This document shows positions 18,585 to 28,865 of a stretch of DNA of 64,000 nucleotides, piece after piece. The notes under the pieces are model-generated. The model worked only from the letters and a program-made list of their open reading frames with translations. It did not search any database and was not told where the DNA came from. Within the stretch, counting starts at the first letter, position 1; every line of letters begins with the position of its first letter. Made by a program: the position numbers and the translations under genes. Source of the DNA: Lachnospiraceae bacterium (GTDB lineage Bacteria > Bacillota > Clostridia > Lachnospirales > Lachnospiraceae); assembly GCA_022791815.1 (NCBI GenBank), contig JAAVZU010000006.1:15186-79185 (forward strand), in the 5' to 3' direction.

Positions 18585-19667
18585 ATGAATTATAAAGTGG
18601 CAGTGATTAAAGGGGACGGGATAGGTCCTGAAATTGTAACAGAAGCACAAAAAGTACTGGATAAGGCAGGAGAGAAGTTTGGATTTTCTTTGGATTATAA
18701 AGAGGTATTAATGGGTGGAGCATCTATAGATGTACACGGAATACCTTTAACCGACGAGGCAATTGCTGATTGTAAAGCAAGTGATGCGGTTCTTATGGGA
18801 TCAATTGGCGGAAATACTAGTACATCTCCGTGGTACAAATTAGAACCTTCCAAGAGACCAGAAGCAGGTTTGCTTGCCCTTAGAAAAGCACTAAATTTAT
18901 TTGCTAATCTTAGACCAGCATATCTTTATGAGGAATTAAAAGGAGCTTGTCCATTAAAAGAGGAAATCACTGAAGGTGGTTTTGATATGATGATTATGCG
19001 TGAACTTACTGGAGGATTATATTTCGGTGAGAGAAAAACCATAGAAGAGGATGGAGTACGAAAAGCGTATGATTCCCTTACTTATGATGAAAATGAGATT
19101 CGCAGAATAGCAAAGCGTGGATTTGATATAGCCATGAAACGGAATAAGAAGGTTACTAGTGTGGATAAGGCAAATGTACTGGATTCTTCCCGCCTTTGGA
19201 GAAAGGTAGTAGAAGAAGTAGCGAAAGATTATCCAGAAGTATCTTATGAACACATGTTAGTAGATAACTGTGCGATGCAGTTAGTCCGCGATCCAAAGCA
19301 ATTTGACGTGATTTTAACAGAGAATATGTTTGGAGATATATTATCAGATGAAGCAAGTATGGTAACAGGCTCAATAGGTATGTTATCTTCTGCAAGTTTG
19401 AATGAGACAAAGTTTGGATTATACGAACCAAGTCATGGTTCTGCACCAGATATTGCGGGACAGAATATAGCAAATCCAATTGCAACCATTTTATCTGCAG
19501 CAATGATGCTTCGTTTCTCTTTTGATTTAGATGAAGCAGCAGACGCTATTGAGGCAGCAGTAAAGAAAGTATTAGAGGATGGATACCGTACCGTTGATAT
19601 TATGTCAGATAATATGACAAAAGTAGGAACTAAGGAAATGGGAGATTTAATCTGCGAAAGATTATAG
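18585..19667 (+). CDS. leuB: 3-isopropylmalate dehydrogenase
   Basis: [19 protein letters not shown]-terminus. [25 protein letters not shown] and [18 protein letters not shown] motifs. ATG 18585 follows AGGAG. Confidence 0.95.
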   Translation: MNYKVAVIKGDGIGPEIVTEAQKVLDKAGEKFGFSLDYKEVLMGGASIDVHGIPLTDEAIADCKASDAVLMGSIGGNTSTSPWYKLEPSKRPEAGLLALRKALNLFANLRPAYLYEELKGACPLKEEITEGGFDMMIMRELTGGLYFGERKTIEEDGVRKAYDSLTYDENEIRRIAKRGFDIAMKRNKKVTSVDKANVLDSSRLWRKVVEEVAKDYPEVSYEHMLVDNCAMQLVRDPKQFDVILTENMFGDILSDEASMVTGSIGMLSSASLNETKFGLYEPSHGSAPDIAGQNIANPIATILSAAMMLRFSFDLDEAADAIEAAVKKVLEDGYRTVDIMSDNMTKVGTKEMGDLICERL

Positions 19668-19752
19668 TTACTGTTTTTATCTTATGTGTGAACAGCAACA
19701 GATTGTAGCCAGATTAGAATATCATGAGATATACAAAGAAAGGAAGAGAATC

Positions 19753-21414
19753 ATGAAGAGTGATGCAGTAAAAAAAGGGATGCAGACAGCACCTCAGAGA
19801 TCATTATTTAACGCATTAGGATTAACAGAGGAAGAATTACAAAAACCATTAGTAGGTATTGTAAGTTCCTATAATGAAATTGTGCCAGGACACATGAACA
19901 TTGATAAAATTGTAGAAGCAGTAAAAATGGGAGTTGCCATGGCAGGCGGTACACCAATTGTATTTCCAGCAATTGCTGTTTGTGATGGTATTGCTATGGG
20001 ACATCAGGGAATGAAATATTCTTTAGTAACTAGAGATTTGATTGCAGATTCTACAGAATGTATGGCAATGGCACATGCATTTGATGCATTGGTTATGGTG
20101 CCAAACTGTGATAAAAATGTACCAGGACTTTTGATGGCAGCAGCTAGAGTAAATGTTCCTACTGTATTTGTCAGTGGTGGACCAATGCTTGCAGGGCATG
20201 TACAGGGACATAAGACCAGTCTTTCCAGCATGTTTGAAGCGGTAGGTGCTCATGCAGCTGGCAAATTAGACGAAGAAGGTGTTAATGAATATGTAAATAA
20301 AGCATGTCCTACCTGTGGTTCTTGCTCTGGTATGTATACAGCAAATAGTATGAACTGTTTAACAGAAGTTCTTGGAATGGGACTACCAGGAAATGGAACA
20401 ATTCCAGCTGTATATTCAGAAAGATTAAAACTTGCAAAACATGCAGGTATGAAAGTTATGGAGATGTTAGAAAAAAACATCCGTCCAAGAGATATTATGT
20501 CCAAGGATGCCATAATTAATGCATTAACTGTGGATATGGCACTTGGATGTTCCACAAACAGTATGTTGCATTTGCCTGCAATTGCCCATGAAATTGGATT
20601 TGATTTTGATATAGCTTATGCAAATGAAATTAGTGAAAAAACACCAAATCTTTGTCACTTAGCACCAGCAGGTCCTACATATATGGAAGACCTCAATGAG
20701 GCAGGCGGAGTTTATGCAGTAATGAATGAACTAGATAAGAAGGGCTTGCTAAATAAAGATTGTATTACTGTTACAGGCAAGACCGTTGGAGAAAATATTG
20801 CTGGATGTGAAATCCGTAATCCAGAAGTAATCCGCCCAATTGATAATCCATATAGTGTAACAGGAGGTCTTGCTGTATTAAAAGGTAATCTTGCTCCTGA
20901 TGGAAGTGTGGTAAAACGTTCGGCAGTAGTAGCAGAGATGATGGTACATGAAGGACCTGCAAGAGTCTTTGAATCGGAGGAAGATGCTATTGCCGCAATC
21001 AAAGGTGGAAAAATTGTAGAAGGAGATGTTGTGGTTATTCGTTATGAAGGACCAAAAGGCGGACCTGGTATGAGAGAAATGTTAAATCCTACCTCTGCAA
21101 TTGCAGGTATGGGTCTTGGATCTTCTGTAGCATTGATTACAGATGGACGTTTTTCAGGAGCATCAAGAGGTGCTTCTATTGGACACGTTTCCCCAGAGGC
21201 AGCAGTAGGAGGTCCGATTGCATTAATTGAAGAGGGAGATATTATTCAGATTGACATTTCAGGATTAAGCCTGAATGTAAAACTTTCTGATGAGGAATTA
21301 GCAAAGAGAAAAGAAAAATGGCAGCCAAAAGAGCCAAAAGTAACCACAGGATATTTGGCAAGATATGCAAATATGGTTACTTCTGGAAACCGTGGTGCGA
21401 TATTAGAGAAATAA
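19753..21414 (+). CDS. ilvD: Dihydroxy-acid dehydratase
   Basis: QRSLFNALG..., [40 protein letters not shown] (Fe-S ligands) and [14 protein letters not shown] motifs. ATG 19753 chosen as MKSDAVKKG. Confidence 0.95.
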   Translation: MKSDAVKKGMQTAPQRSLFNALGLTEEELQKPLVGIVSSYNEIVPGHMNIDKIVEAVKMGVAMAGGTPIVFPAIAVCDGIAMGHQGMKYSLVTRDLIADSTECMAMAHAFDALVMVPNCDKNVPGLLMAAARVNVPTVFVSGGPMLAGHVQGHKTSLSSMFEAVGAHAAGKLDEEGVNEYVNKACPTCGSCSGMYTANSMNCLTEVLGMGLPGNGTIPAVYSERLKLAKHAGMKVMEMLEKNIRPRDIMSKDAIINALTVDMALGCSTNSMLHLPAIAHEIGFDFDIAYANEISEKTPNLCHLAPAGPTYMEDLNEAGGVYAVMNELDKKGLLNKDCITVTGKTVGENIAGCEIRNPEVIRPIDNPYSVTGGLAVLKGNLAPDGSVVKRSAVVAEMMVHEGPARVFESEEDAIAAIKGGKIVEGDVVVIRYEGPKGGPGMREMLNPTSAIAGMGLGSSVALITDGRFSGASRGASIGHVSPEAAVGGPIALIEEGDIIQIDISGLSLNVKLSDEELAKRKEKWQPKEPKVTTGYLARYANMVTSGNRGAILEK

Positions 21415-21426
21415 GATAACAGTAGT

Positions 21427-21635
21427 AAACTATATGCTGCCTTCGGCAGCACCACTATAAATGAAAGTGTCGGTTACTTCGCACTACATGCTCTTGTAAC
21501 CGCCTAATGTGTATTCGCAATCCAGGCTATCGCCTTACATGCTCATACACATTAGGTTCTACGATAGATATATCAATTGGTTCTTATGCAAGCACAAACC
21601 AATTGATTATCTATCGATAACACTTTCAGAGTAAA
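21427..21635 (+). repeat. Family-2 nested-hairpin repeat, full copy (fills the ilvD-ilvB spacer)
   Basis: 5' hairpin TGCTGCC-ttc-GGCAGCA, then outer stem GAAAGTGT/ACACTTTC enclosing three hairpins (CGGTTAC/GTAACCG; CCTAATGTGTAT/ATACACATTAGG; GATAGATA..CAATTGGTT/AACCAATTG..TATCTATC). Ends 15 nt before the ilvB ATG. Near-identical copy at 59971-60181. Confidence 0.85.
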
Positions 21636-21650
21636 TAAGGAGAGGGTAGA

Positions 21651-23342
21651 ATGCAGTTAAATGGTTCACAGATTGTAGTGGAATGTTTAAAAGAACAGGG
21701 TGTGGATACTGTATTTGGGTATCCAGGCGGAGCAATTTTAAATATTTATGATGAATTATATAAACATCAAAATGAGATTACTCATATTTTAACATCACAT
21801 GAACAGGGGGCTTCTCATGCCGCAGATGGATATGCAAGAGCAACCGGAAAAGTAGGTGTCTGTATGGCTACCAGTGGTCCTGGAGCAACTAACCTAGTAA
21901 CAGGAATTGCAACTGCATATATGGACTCAGTGCCAATGGTGGCAATTACTGCCAATGTTACCAACCAGCTTCTTGGAAAAGACAGCTTTCAGGAAGTAGA
22001 TATCGCAGGTGTGACAATGCCAATTACAAAGCATAGTTTTATTGTAAAGGATATAAAAAAATTAGCTGGAACTATCCGCCGTGCTTTTGCCATTGCAGCA
22101 ACTGGCAGACCAGGACCAGTTCTTGTAGATATCACAAAAGATGTTACAGCAGCGAAAACAGAGTATAAAAAAGTTGTACCAAAGCTGATTAACCGTGTTA
22201 CAGAGACTATTCGTGAAGAAGATATAGAGAAAGCAGTTTCCATGATTAAGGCATCAAAGAAACCTATGGTGTTTGTAGGTGGAGGAGCTGTAATTTCTGG
22301 GGCTTCTAGAGAATTAGCAGAGTTTGTAGAGAAAGTAGATGCACCTGTTACAGATACCTTAATGGGAAAGGGTGCGTTTAATGGAGAACATAAATATTAT
22401 GTAGGTATGCTTGGCATGCATGGAACCAAAGCAGCAAATTTAAGTGTAACCGACTGTGATTTGCTGGTTACCATCGGTGCAAGATTTTCTGACAGAGTTA
22501 CAGGAAATGCAAAGAAATTTGCCAACAAGGCAAAAATTTTACATATCGATGTAGATCCTGCAGAAGTAAATAAAAATATTCATGTAAATGCCAGCATTAT
22601 TGGAGATTGTAAAGCGGTATTAGAAATCTTAAACAGCAAATTGGAACAGCAAAACCATAGTGCATGGGTTAATGAAGTGATGGAGAAAAAAGAGAAATTT
22701 CCGCTTACTTACCCAGAAGACCGTCTGACAGGACCTTATGTAATTGAAAAGATTCATGAAATTACTGGCGGAGATGCGATTATTACAACAGATGTAGGAC
22801 AGCATCAAATGTGGGCAGCACAATATTTCAAATATCAGAAACCAAGAACTTTCCTATCATCTGGTGGTCTTGGAACAATGGGATACGGTTTAGGCGCATC
22901 CATAGGAGCACAGGTTGGAATGCCCGAAAAGAGAGTATTTAATATTGCAGGAGATGGATGTTTCCGTATGAATATGAATGAAATTGCAACAGCAACTCGT
23001 TATAATATTCCAATTATCCAAGTAATATTAAATAACCATGTACTTGGTATGGTTCGCCAGTGGCAGACTTTGTTCTATGAGAAACGTTACTCACAAACTA
23101 TTTTAGAGGATAAAGTAGATTTTGTAAAAGTGGCAGAAGCTATGGGAGCAAAAGCATATCGTATTACAAAGAGAGAAGAAGTAGAACCTGTTTTGCGTGA
23201 AGTTCTTTCTTTGAAGGAACCTGTTTTGATTGATTGTGTTATCGATCCTGACGAAAAGGTATGGCCAATGGTTGCTCCAGGAGCAGCAATTGGAGAAGTA
23301 TTTACAGAGGAAGATTTGAAGAAGAAAGAATCAGGAAAATAA
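21651..23342 (+). CDS. ilvB: Acetolactate synthase (biosynthetic type) large/catalytic subunit
   Basis: ThDP enzyme: GYPGGAILNIYD, TSGPGATNLVTG and GDGCFRMNMNEIATA motifs. 563 aa. No small-subunit (ilvN/ilvH) gene follows. Confidence 0.93.
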   Translation: MQLNGSQIVVECLKEQGVDTVFGYPGGAILNIYDELYKHQNEITHILTSHEQGASHAADGYARATGKVGVCMATSGPGATNLVTGIATAYMDSVPMVAITANVTNQLLGKDSFQEVDIAGVTMPITKHSFIVKDIKKLAGTIRRAFAIAATGRPGPVLVDITKDVTAAKTEYKKVVPKLINRVTETIREEDIEKAVSMIKASKKPMVFVGGGAVISGASRELAEFVEKVDAPVTDTLMGKGAFNGEHKYYVGMLGMHGTKAANLSVTDCDLLVTIGARFSDRVTGNAKKFANKAKILHIDVDPAEVNKNIHVNASIIGDCKAVLEILNSKLEQQNHSAWVNEVMEKKEKFPLTYPEDRLTGPYVIEKIHEITGGDAIITTDVGQHQMWAAQYFKYQKPRTFLSSGGLGTMGYGLGASIGAQVGMPEKRVFNIAGDGCFRMNMNEIATATRYNIPIIQVILNNHVLGMVRQWQTLFYEKRYSQTILEDKVDFVKVAEAMGAKAYRITKREEVEPVLREVLSLKEPVLIDCVIDPDEKVWPMVAPGAAIGEVFTEEDLKKKESGK

Positions 23343-23370
23343 AATTGGGAAATTGAATTATTTAAGTATG

Positions 23371-23411
23371 ACTAAGTCTTATGTAAGCTTTTGGTTTGCA
23401 TAAGACTTAGT
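23371..23411 (+). terminator. Hairpin terminator after ilvB; arms shared with the 46511-46682 element
   Basis: ACTAAGTCTTATG...CATAAGACTTAGT, 13-bp perfect stem. The arm plus loop start ACTAAGTCTTATGTAAGC also occurs at 46536-46553. Confidence 0.65.
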
Positions 23412-23508
23412 TTATTCCCTAAGACTATAATTTTGAATAAATAATAGGGGGATAATAGAATATGAAAAAATAACATGGAAAAAATATGAAACTGATTTTA
23501 TTGATATT

Positions 23509-23820
23509 ATGAAAGGAAATGATGGAGGATATCCAGATATTTGTACATTTAAATTGTTAGATGATGAGAGTTGTATTAACAATTTATTATCTTTTGACGA
23601 ATCAAATAAACAATCTATTGTGTTTGCATATAGTGTCTTGTGCAGACATGGAATAAAAAATCTAATTCCCATTGCAAGAGATCCTTTTGGAAATTATATA
23701 TGCTATAAAAAAATGGAGTTAAATAAAAGCAAAATTGTATTTTGGGCTCATGAGGTACCAGATGAGATTATAGACTTATGTGATAGTTTTTCCGAGTTTT
23801 TAAATATGTTATACAGCTAA
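23509..23820 (+). CDS. SMI1/KNR4 (SUKH-1)-like immunity-family protein, possibly N-terminally truncated
   Basis: The C-terminal half matches the family pattern (IPIARDPFGNYICY...IVFWAHE...LCDSFSEFLNML). The frame is open back to 23437 with no ATG or RBS, and the usual N-terminal LP.dY..F segment is not evident. Confidence 0.6.
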   Translation: MKGNDGGYPDICTFKLLDDESCINNLLSFDESNKQSIVFAYSVLCRHGIKNLIPIARDPFGNYICYKKMELNKSKIVFWAHEVPDEIIDLCDSFSEFLNMLYS

Positions 23821-23997
23821 AAATTGAGCTAATATATGGTACTAACAGTAACAAGTTCGTTACAGTTTGCAACATAGGTGTGGACTGTAACACAAGTTCA
23901 TTGACTTGCAGATAGAAAAAGAAAATAGAAAACTACTACAAGATATGCTATACTAAACAAAACAAAGAACCTTATGAGGAAAATAGGAGGGGAAATT

Positions 23998-25683
23998 ATG
24001 GCAAGAACAGTTTCCATAGGAAATCAGGACTTTGAAAGTATACAGAAGAATAATTATTTTTATGTTGACAAAACAAATATAATAAAAGAATGGTGGGAGA
24101 GTGGAGATGCAGTCACTTTGATTACACGTCCAAGACGTTTTGGAAAGACACTGACCATCAGCATGTTGGAGCAGTTCTTTTCCAATCGTTATGTAGACAG
24201 GAGCGATTTGTTTGAGGGTCTGTCTATCTGGGAATATCCGAAGTATCAGGAGTTGCAGGGGACTTATCCAGTCATCAGCCTATCTTTTGCCAGAGTAAAA
24301 GAGAAGGATTATATTACAACCAGAGAGAAAATTTGTGAGATAATTACCAATCTGTATATTAAATACTATTTTTTGAGAAATAGTGAAGTTTTAACAGAGA
24401 AAGACAGGGAATATTTTGACAGAGTGTCAACAGATATGCGTGACAGTGATGCTACATCTGCATTATACCAGTTGTCTGATTATCTGTGCCGTTACTATGG
24501 AAAAAAAGTCATTATCTTATTAGATGAGTATGACACCCCTATGCAGGAAGCTTATGTACACGGCTATTGGGAGGAACTTGTGGTATTTACCAGAAGTCTG
24601 TTTAATGCAACTTTCAAAACAAACCCCTATCTGGAACGTGCCATTATGACAGGGATTACAAGAGTAAGCAAGGAGTCAATTTTTTCCGATTTGAATAATC
24701 TTGAGGTAGTTACTACGACTTCTGAAAAGTATGCAGACTGTTTTGGGTTTACAGAACAAGAGATATTTGAATCACTTGATGAGTTTGGGCTGTCCGATAA
24801 AAAAGAAGAGATAAAGCATTGGTATGATGGTTTTACTTTTGGCAACCTGAGCGATATTTATAATCCATGGTCGATCATAAATTATCTAGACAAGAAACAG
24901 TTCAGACCCTATTGGGCAAATACCAGTCCCAACAGTTTGGTGGGGAAACTGATAAAAGAAGGAAGTCCGGAAATTAAGAAAGCTATGGAAGATCTCATAG
25001 AGGGGAAATCTTTGACAGCAGAGATTGATGAACAGATTGTTTTTAACCAGCTTGGACAAAGGGAATCTGCCATCTGGAGCCTGCTTCTTGCCAGCGGTTA
25101 TTTAAAAGTAAAAAATTATGTTTTTGATGATGCAAGAGATGGATTTTTTTATAAAATGGTATTAACAAACAGGGAAGTAATGTTTATGTTCCGAAATATG
25201 ATTAAGGACTGGTTTTCTCAGTATACATCGGACTATAATGAATTTATTAAGGCTCTGCTTCTGGGAAATGTAAAAGCTATGAACACTTATATGAACCGGG
25301 TGGCACTGCAGACCTTCAGCTTTTTTGATACAGGAAAACATCCATCAGAATATACAGAGCCAGAGCGGTTTTACCATGGTTTTGTGTTAGGTTTGATGGT
25401 AGACCTGCAGAACCGCTATCGCATTTTATCCAATAGGGAAAGTGGTTTTGGCAGATATGATGTGGTGTTGGAACCAAAGAACAGAGAAGATGACGGAATT
25501 ATTTTGGAATTTAAGGTTCAGGATGAGGAAGATGAAAAAACTCTTTCTGATACAGTATCAGCGGCACTGAAACAGATTGAGGAGAAACAGTATGCAGCAG
25601 ATTTGGTATCAAAGGGAATACCAGAAGAGAAAATCAAAAAGTATGGATTTGCTTTTCAGGGAAAGAAAGTACAGATTGGATAG
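23998..25683 (+). CDS. AAA-ATPase-like N-terminal domain protein with C-terminal PD-(D/E)XK nuclease-like domain
   Basis: FESIQKNNYFYVDKTNIIKEW...ITRPRRFGKTL (P-loop-like) at the N-terminus. C-terminal SNRESGFGRYDVVLEP...GIILEFKV (D...E.K). ATG 23998 follows GGAGGGG. Confidence 0.8.
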   Translation: MARTVSIGNQDFESIQKNNYFYVDKTNIIKEWWESGDAVTLITRPRRFGKTLTISMLEQFFSNRYVDRSDLFEGLSIWEYPKYQELQGTYPVISLSFARVKEKDYITTREKICEIITNLYIKYYFLRNSEVLTEKDREYFDRVSTDMRDSDATSALYQLSDYLCRYYGKKVIILLDEYDTPMQEAYVHGYWEELVVFTRSLFNATFKTNPYLERAIMTGITRVSKESIFSDLNNLEVVTTTSEKYADCFGFTEQEIFESLDEFGLSDKKEEIKHWYDGFTFGNLSDIYNPWSIINYLDKKQFRPYWANTSPNSLVGKLIKEGSPEIKKAMEDLIEGKSLTAEIDEQIVFNQLGQRESAIWSLLLASGYLKVKNYVFDDARDGFFYKMVLTNREVMFMFRNMIKDWFSQYTSDYNEFIKALLLGNVKAMNTYMNRVALQTFSFFDTGKHPSEYTEPERFYHGFVLGLMVDLQNRYRILSNRESGFGRYDVVLEPKNREDDGIILEFKVQDEEDEKTLSDTVSAALKQIEEKQYAADLVSKGIPEEKIKKYGFAFQGKKVQIG

Positions 25684-25700
25684 TAAAATTATTTGTAAAT

Positions 25701-25734
25701 ATTCAGATAGAAACAAACATTTACTGCATGTTTC
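25701..25734 (+). repeat. Family-1 repeat, degenerate solitary hairpin A with conserved ATTCAGATAGAAACA lead-in
   Basis: ATTCAGATAGAAACAAAC-atttact-GCATGTTTC. The stem is degraded relative to the 40760 copy. Confidence 0.5.
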
Positions 25735-25874
25735 GTAAAAAAGGTATATCAATATTATTTTAAAAGTTCAGGTGGGGCAGTCACTTTGTTGTGTAAATCT
25801 AATAATATAAAGGTGAGTAAAGGATTTGAAAAATAACCATTTCATATTTGGTATAGAAGTTAGATTTTTTAAGG

Positions 25875-25903
25875 TTGACGAAAAAAAGACAAAGTTTTAT
25901 AAT
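25875..25903 (+). promoter_or_regulatory. Sigma-A-type promoter for serC-serA
   Basis: TTGACG, 17-nt spacer, TATAAT. Confidence 0.5.
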
Positions 25904-26049
25904 AAAAGCTAGGTCTATTATAAAGACAACATAGAATTAAGATTTTATAGTCAATTAAGATTTTTGTTATATTTTTTTTTGATTATATAATCTTTAGGGA
26001 ATATTATATTAAACATACACAGAGAGTGAAATCAAAGGAGGATTTACAA

Positions 26050-27132
26050 ATGGGAAGAGTTTATAACTTTTCAGCAGGTCCGGCAGTATTACCGGAAGAA
26101 GTATTAAAAGAAGCCGCAGAGGAGATGTTAGATTATAAAGGAACAGGAATGTCCGTAATGGAGATGAGTCACAGATCGAAAGCTTTTGATACTATTATCA
26201 AAGAAGCAGAGCAGGATTTGAGAGACTTAATGAACATTCCAGAGAATTATAAAGTATTGTTCTTACAAGGGGGAGCTTCCCAACAATTTGCAGCAATTCC
26301 AATGAACCTTATGAAGAATAAAGTTGCAGATTATATTATCACAGGACAGTGGGCAAAAAAGGCATATCAGGAAGCACAGAAATATGGAAAAGTGAATGCA
26401 ATTGCATCTTCTGAAGATGAGACATATTCTTATATTCCAGATTGTTCTGATTTACCAATCAGTGAAGATGCAGATTATGTATATATCTGTGAAAATAATA
26501 CCATTTATGGTACAAAATATAAAACTTTACCAAACACAAAAGGTAAGACTTTAGTAGCGGATGTATCTTCCTGCTTTTTATCTGAACCAGTAGATGTAAC
26601 AAAATATGGCATTATCTATGGCGGTGTACAAAAGAACGTTGGACCTGCAGGTGTAGTGATTGCAATTATTCGTGAAGATTTGATTTCTGATGATGTGTTA
26701 GAAGGAACTCCTACTATGTTAAAATACAAAACCCAGGCAGATAATGATTCCTTGTATAATACACCACCTTGCTATGGTATCTATATTTGTGGAAAAGTAT
26801 TTAAGTGGTTAAAGAACATGGGTGGTCTTGAAGTTATGAAACAGAAGAATGAAGAGAAAGCCAAAATTCTTTATGATTTCTTAGACCAGAGTAAGATGTT
26901 TAAGGGAACTGTACGTAAAGAAGACCGTTCTCTTATGAATGTACCATTTGTAACTGGTGACAAAGACTTAGATGCGAAATTTGTTGCAGAGGCAAAAGAA
27001 GCGGGATTTGAAAATTTAAAAGGACACAGAACCGTTGGTGGTATGAGAGCAAGTATTTACAATGCTATGCCTAAAGAAGGAGTAGAAAAGTTAGTTGCTT
27101 TCATGAAGGAATTTGAAGAGAAGAACGCATAG
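26050..27132 (+). CDS. serC: 3-phosphoserine / phosphohydroxythreonine aminotransferase
   Basis: YNFSAGPAVLPEEVL, MEMSHRSK and GGVQKNVGPAG (PLP lysine) motifs. ATG 26050 follows AAGGAGG. Confidence 0.95.
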   Translation: MGRVYNFSAGPAVLPEEVLKEAAEEMLDYKGTGMSVMEMSHRSKAFDTIIKEAEQDLRDLMNIPENYKVLFLQGGASQQFAAIPMNLMKNKVADYIITGQWAKKAYQEAQKYGKVNAIASSEDETYSYIPDCSDLPISEDADYVYICENNTIYGTKYKTLPNTKGKTLVADVSSCFLSEPVDVTKYGIIYGGVQKNVGPAGVVIAIIREDLISDDVLEGTPTMLKYKTQADNDSLYNTPPCYGIYICGKVFKWLKNMGGLEVMKQKNEEKAKILYDFLDQSKMFKGTVRKEDRSLMNVPFVTGDKDLDAKFVAEAKEAGFENLKGHRTVGGMRASIYNAMPKEGVEKLVAFMKEFEEKNA

Positions 27133-27143
27133 AAAGGTGAAGA

Positions 27144-28310
27144 ATGATGATTAAAGTAAATTGCTTGAATCCAATTGCAGCCTGTGGTTTGGATTTATTG
27201 ACAGATAATTATGAGAAAACGGATAACTTTGCAGATGCTAATGCAGTATTAGTAAGAAGTGTTGCAATGCATGATTTGGAATTATCCGATAATTTACAGG
27301 CAGTAGCAAGAGCTGGTGCAGGTGTAAATAACATACCTTTGGATAAATGTGCAGATAAGGGAATTGTAGTATTTAATACACCTGGAGCAAATGCAAATGG
27401 TGTAAAAGAATTAGTGATTGCAGGTCTTATGCTTGCTTGCCGTGATATCAAAGGCGGAATGAACTGGGTAGATGAGAACAAAGATAATGACAATATTGGA
27501 AAAGACATGGAGAAGGCAAAAAAAGCTTTTGCTGGAAAAGAAATCCAGGGCAAGAAACTTGGAGTAATTGGTCTTGGAGCAATTGGAGTTTTAGTTGCCA
27601 ATGCAGCAACACACTTAGGCATGGACGTAATCGGATGTGACCCATATTTATCTGTACAGCATGCATTGAATCTATCCAGAAGTGTAAAGATTGTAAAATC
27701 TAATGAGGAAATATTTAAAGAGTGTGATTTTATCACTGTACATGTTCCCGCACTTGATAGTACAAAAGGTATGATTAACAAAGCCGCAATGGATATGATG
27801 AAAGATGGAGCAATTGTTCTAAATTTTGCGAGAGATATATTAGTAAATGATGATGATATGATTGCAGCTTTGGAAAGTGGGAAAATAGCAAAATATGTAA
27901 CAGATATTCCAACTGCTAAAACAGCTAAAGCAAAGAATGTTATTGCATTCCCTCATTTAGGTGCATCAACAGCAGAATCAGAAGATAACTGTGCTGTTAT
28001 GGCAGTAAATGAATTAATGGATTTCTTTGAGAATGGAAATATTAAAAATTCTGTAAATTATCCAGCATGTGATGCAGGAGTTTGTGATTCAGCGGGCCGT
28101 ATTTCTATTTGTCACAAGAATGTGCCAAATATGTTGACACAATTTACAGCAGTATTTTCTGATGCAGGTATTAACATTGATAATATGATTGACAAGACAA
28201 GAGGAGATTATGCATATTCTATTATTGATATAGCAACAACAGCATCAGATGAGATTGTAGGCAAGATTTCTGCGATTGATGGAGTTTTAAAAGTTAGAGT
28301 AATTAAGTAA
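27144..28310 (+). CDS. serA: D-3-phosphoglycerate dehydrogenase with C-terminal ACT domain
   Basis: NAD-binding GVIGLGAIG, catalytic-region PHLGASTAESEDN, and an ACT-like C-terminus. Adjacent to serC. Confidence 0.9.
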   Translation: MMIKVNCLNPIAACGLDLLTDNYEKTDNFADANAVLVRSVAMHDLELSDNLQAVARAGAGVNNIPLDKCADKGIVVFNTPGANANGVKELVIAGLMLACRDIKGGMNWVDENKDNDNIGKDMEKAKKAFAGKEIQGKKLGVIGLGAIGVLVANAATHLGMDVIGCDPYLSVQHALNLSRSVKIVKSNEEIFKECDFITVHVPALDSTKGMINKAAMDMMKDGAIVLNFARDILVNDDDMIAALESGKIAKYVTDIPTAKTAKAKNVIAFPHLGASTAESEDNCAVMAVNELMDFFENGNIKNSVNYPACDAGVCDSAGRISICHKNVPNMLTQFTAVFSDAGINIDNMIDKTRGDYAYSIIDIATTASDEIVGKISAIDGVLKVRVIK

Positions 28311-28328
28311 ATAATAAAGTAGGAATAC

Positions 28329-28378
28329 GGACTTCCATTTGATAATAGTTTGTTTTATATCAATGGAAGTCCATTTTT
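28329..28378 (+). terminator. Rho-independent terminator after serA
   Basis: GGACTTCCATT(T)GATA...TATCAATGGAAGTCC followed by ATTTTT. Confidence 0.8.
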
Positions 28379-28699
28379 ATACCATAGGTATAAAAGAAAT
28401 AAATATTGTTTCGTGATTTTGTTTGGTATGTGAAGAGTCTAATACCCTTCAAATTGATGGAGAAGGAGAGTTAATTTGAACTTGTTCACTGTGTTTACAT
28501 AATATCATAAAGAATAAAATTGCTGTCTTTTACAGTTTTATAAAAATATAAAGTTGCAATTGTGAAAGAACCTTCTTTCTGTTTGGCAGAGGGGAGTTTT
28601 TTATATAATATCATTAAAATGCCAAAAAAGAAATTTTGCTGTTTCAAAATAGTACTATAATAGCCCGCAGTTATGGTATAATATAATAAAATTCAGATA

Positions 28700-28830
28700 A
28701 TTTTTTAGATAGAAACATGCATTTAACGCGTGTTTCGAAAGAAAACTTAAATTGTATAGTGTTTAAACCCTTTCGCCGAAGGCAGATTATTATGGGCTTA
28801 AACGTAGCTGTTCATGGTTCTGAACAGTTA
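28700..28830 (+). repeat. Family-1 three-hairpin repeat, full copy (A-B-C) in the 5' region of the lipid kinase gene
   Basis: A is GAAACATGC-atttaac-GCGTGTTTC (28712-28736). B is GTTTAAACCC...GGGCTTAAAC with inner TTCGCC/GGCAGA (28761-28803). C is TAGCTGTTCA-tggttc-TGAACAGTTA (28804-28830). Confidence 0.85.
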
Positions 28831-28865
28831 AAAATTCAGAAACTATATGGAGATGGTGGAAGATA

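Noticed and set aside
28688-28840. 10-bp direct repeat AAAATTCAGA flanking the family-1 copy at 28700-28830 as a target-site duplication
   Set aside because: ATTCAG(A/G)TAGAAACA is part of the conserved left end of other copies (25701, 40751). Those copies have no matching repeat on their right flank, so a TSD is not supported.
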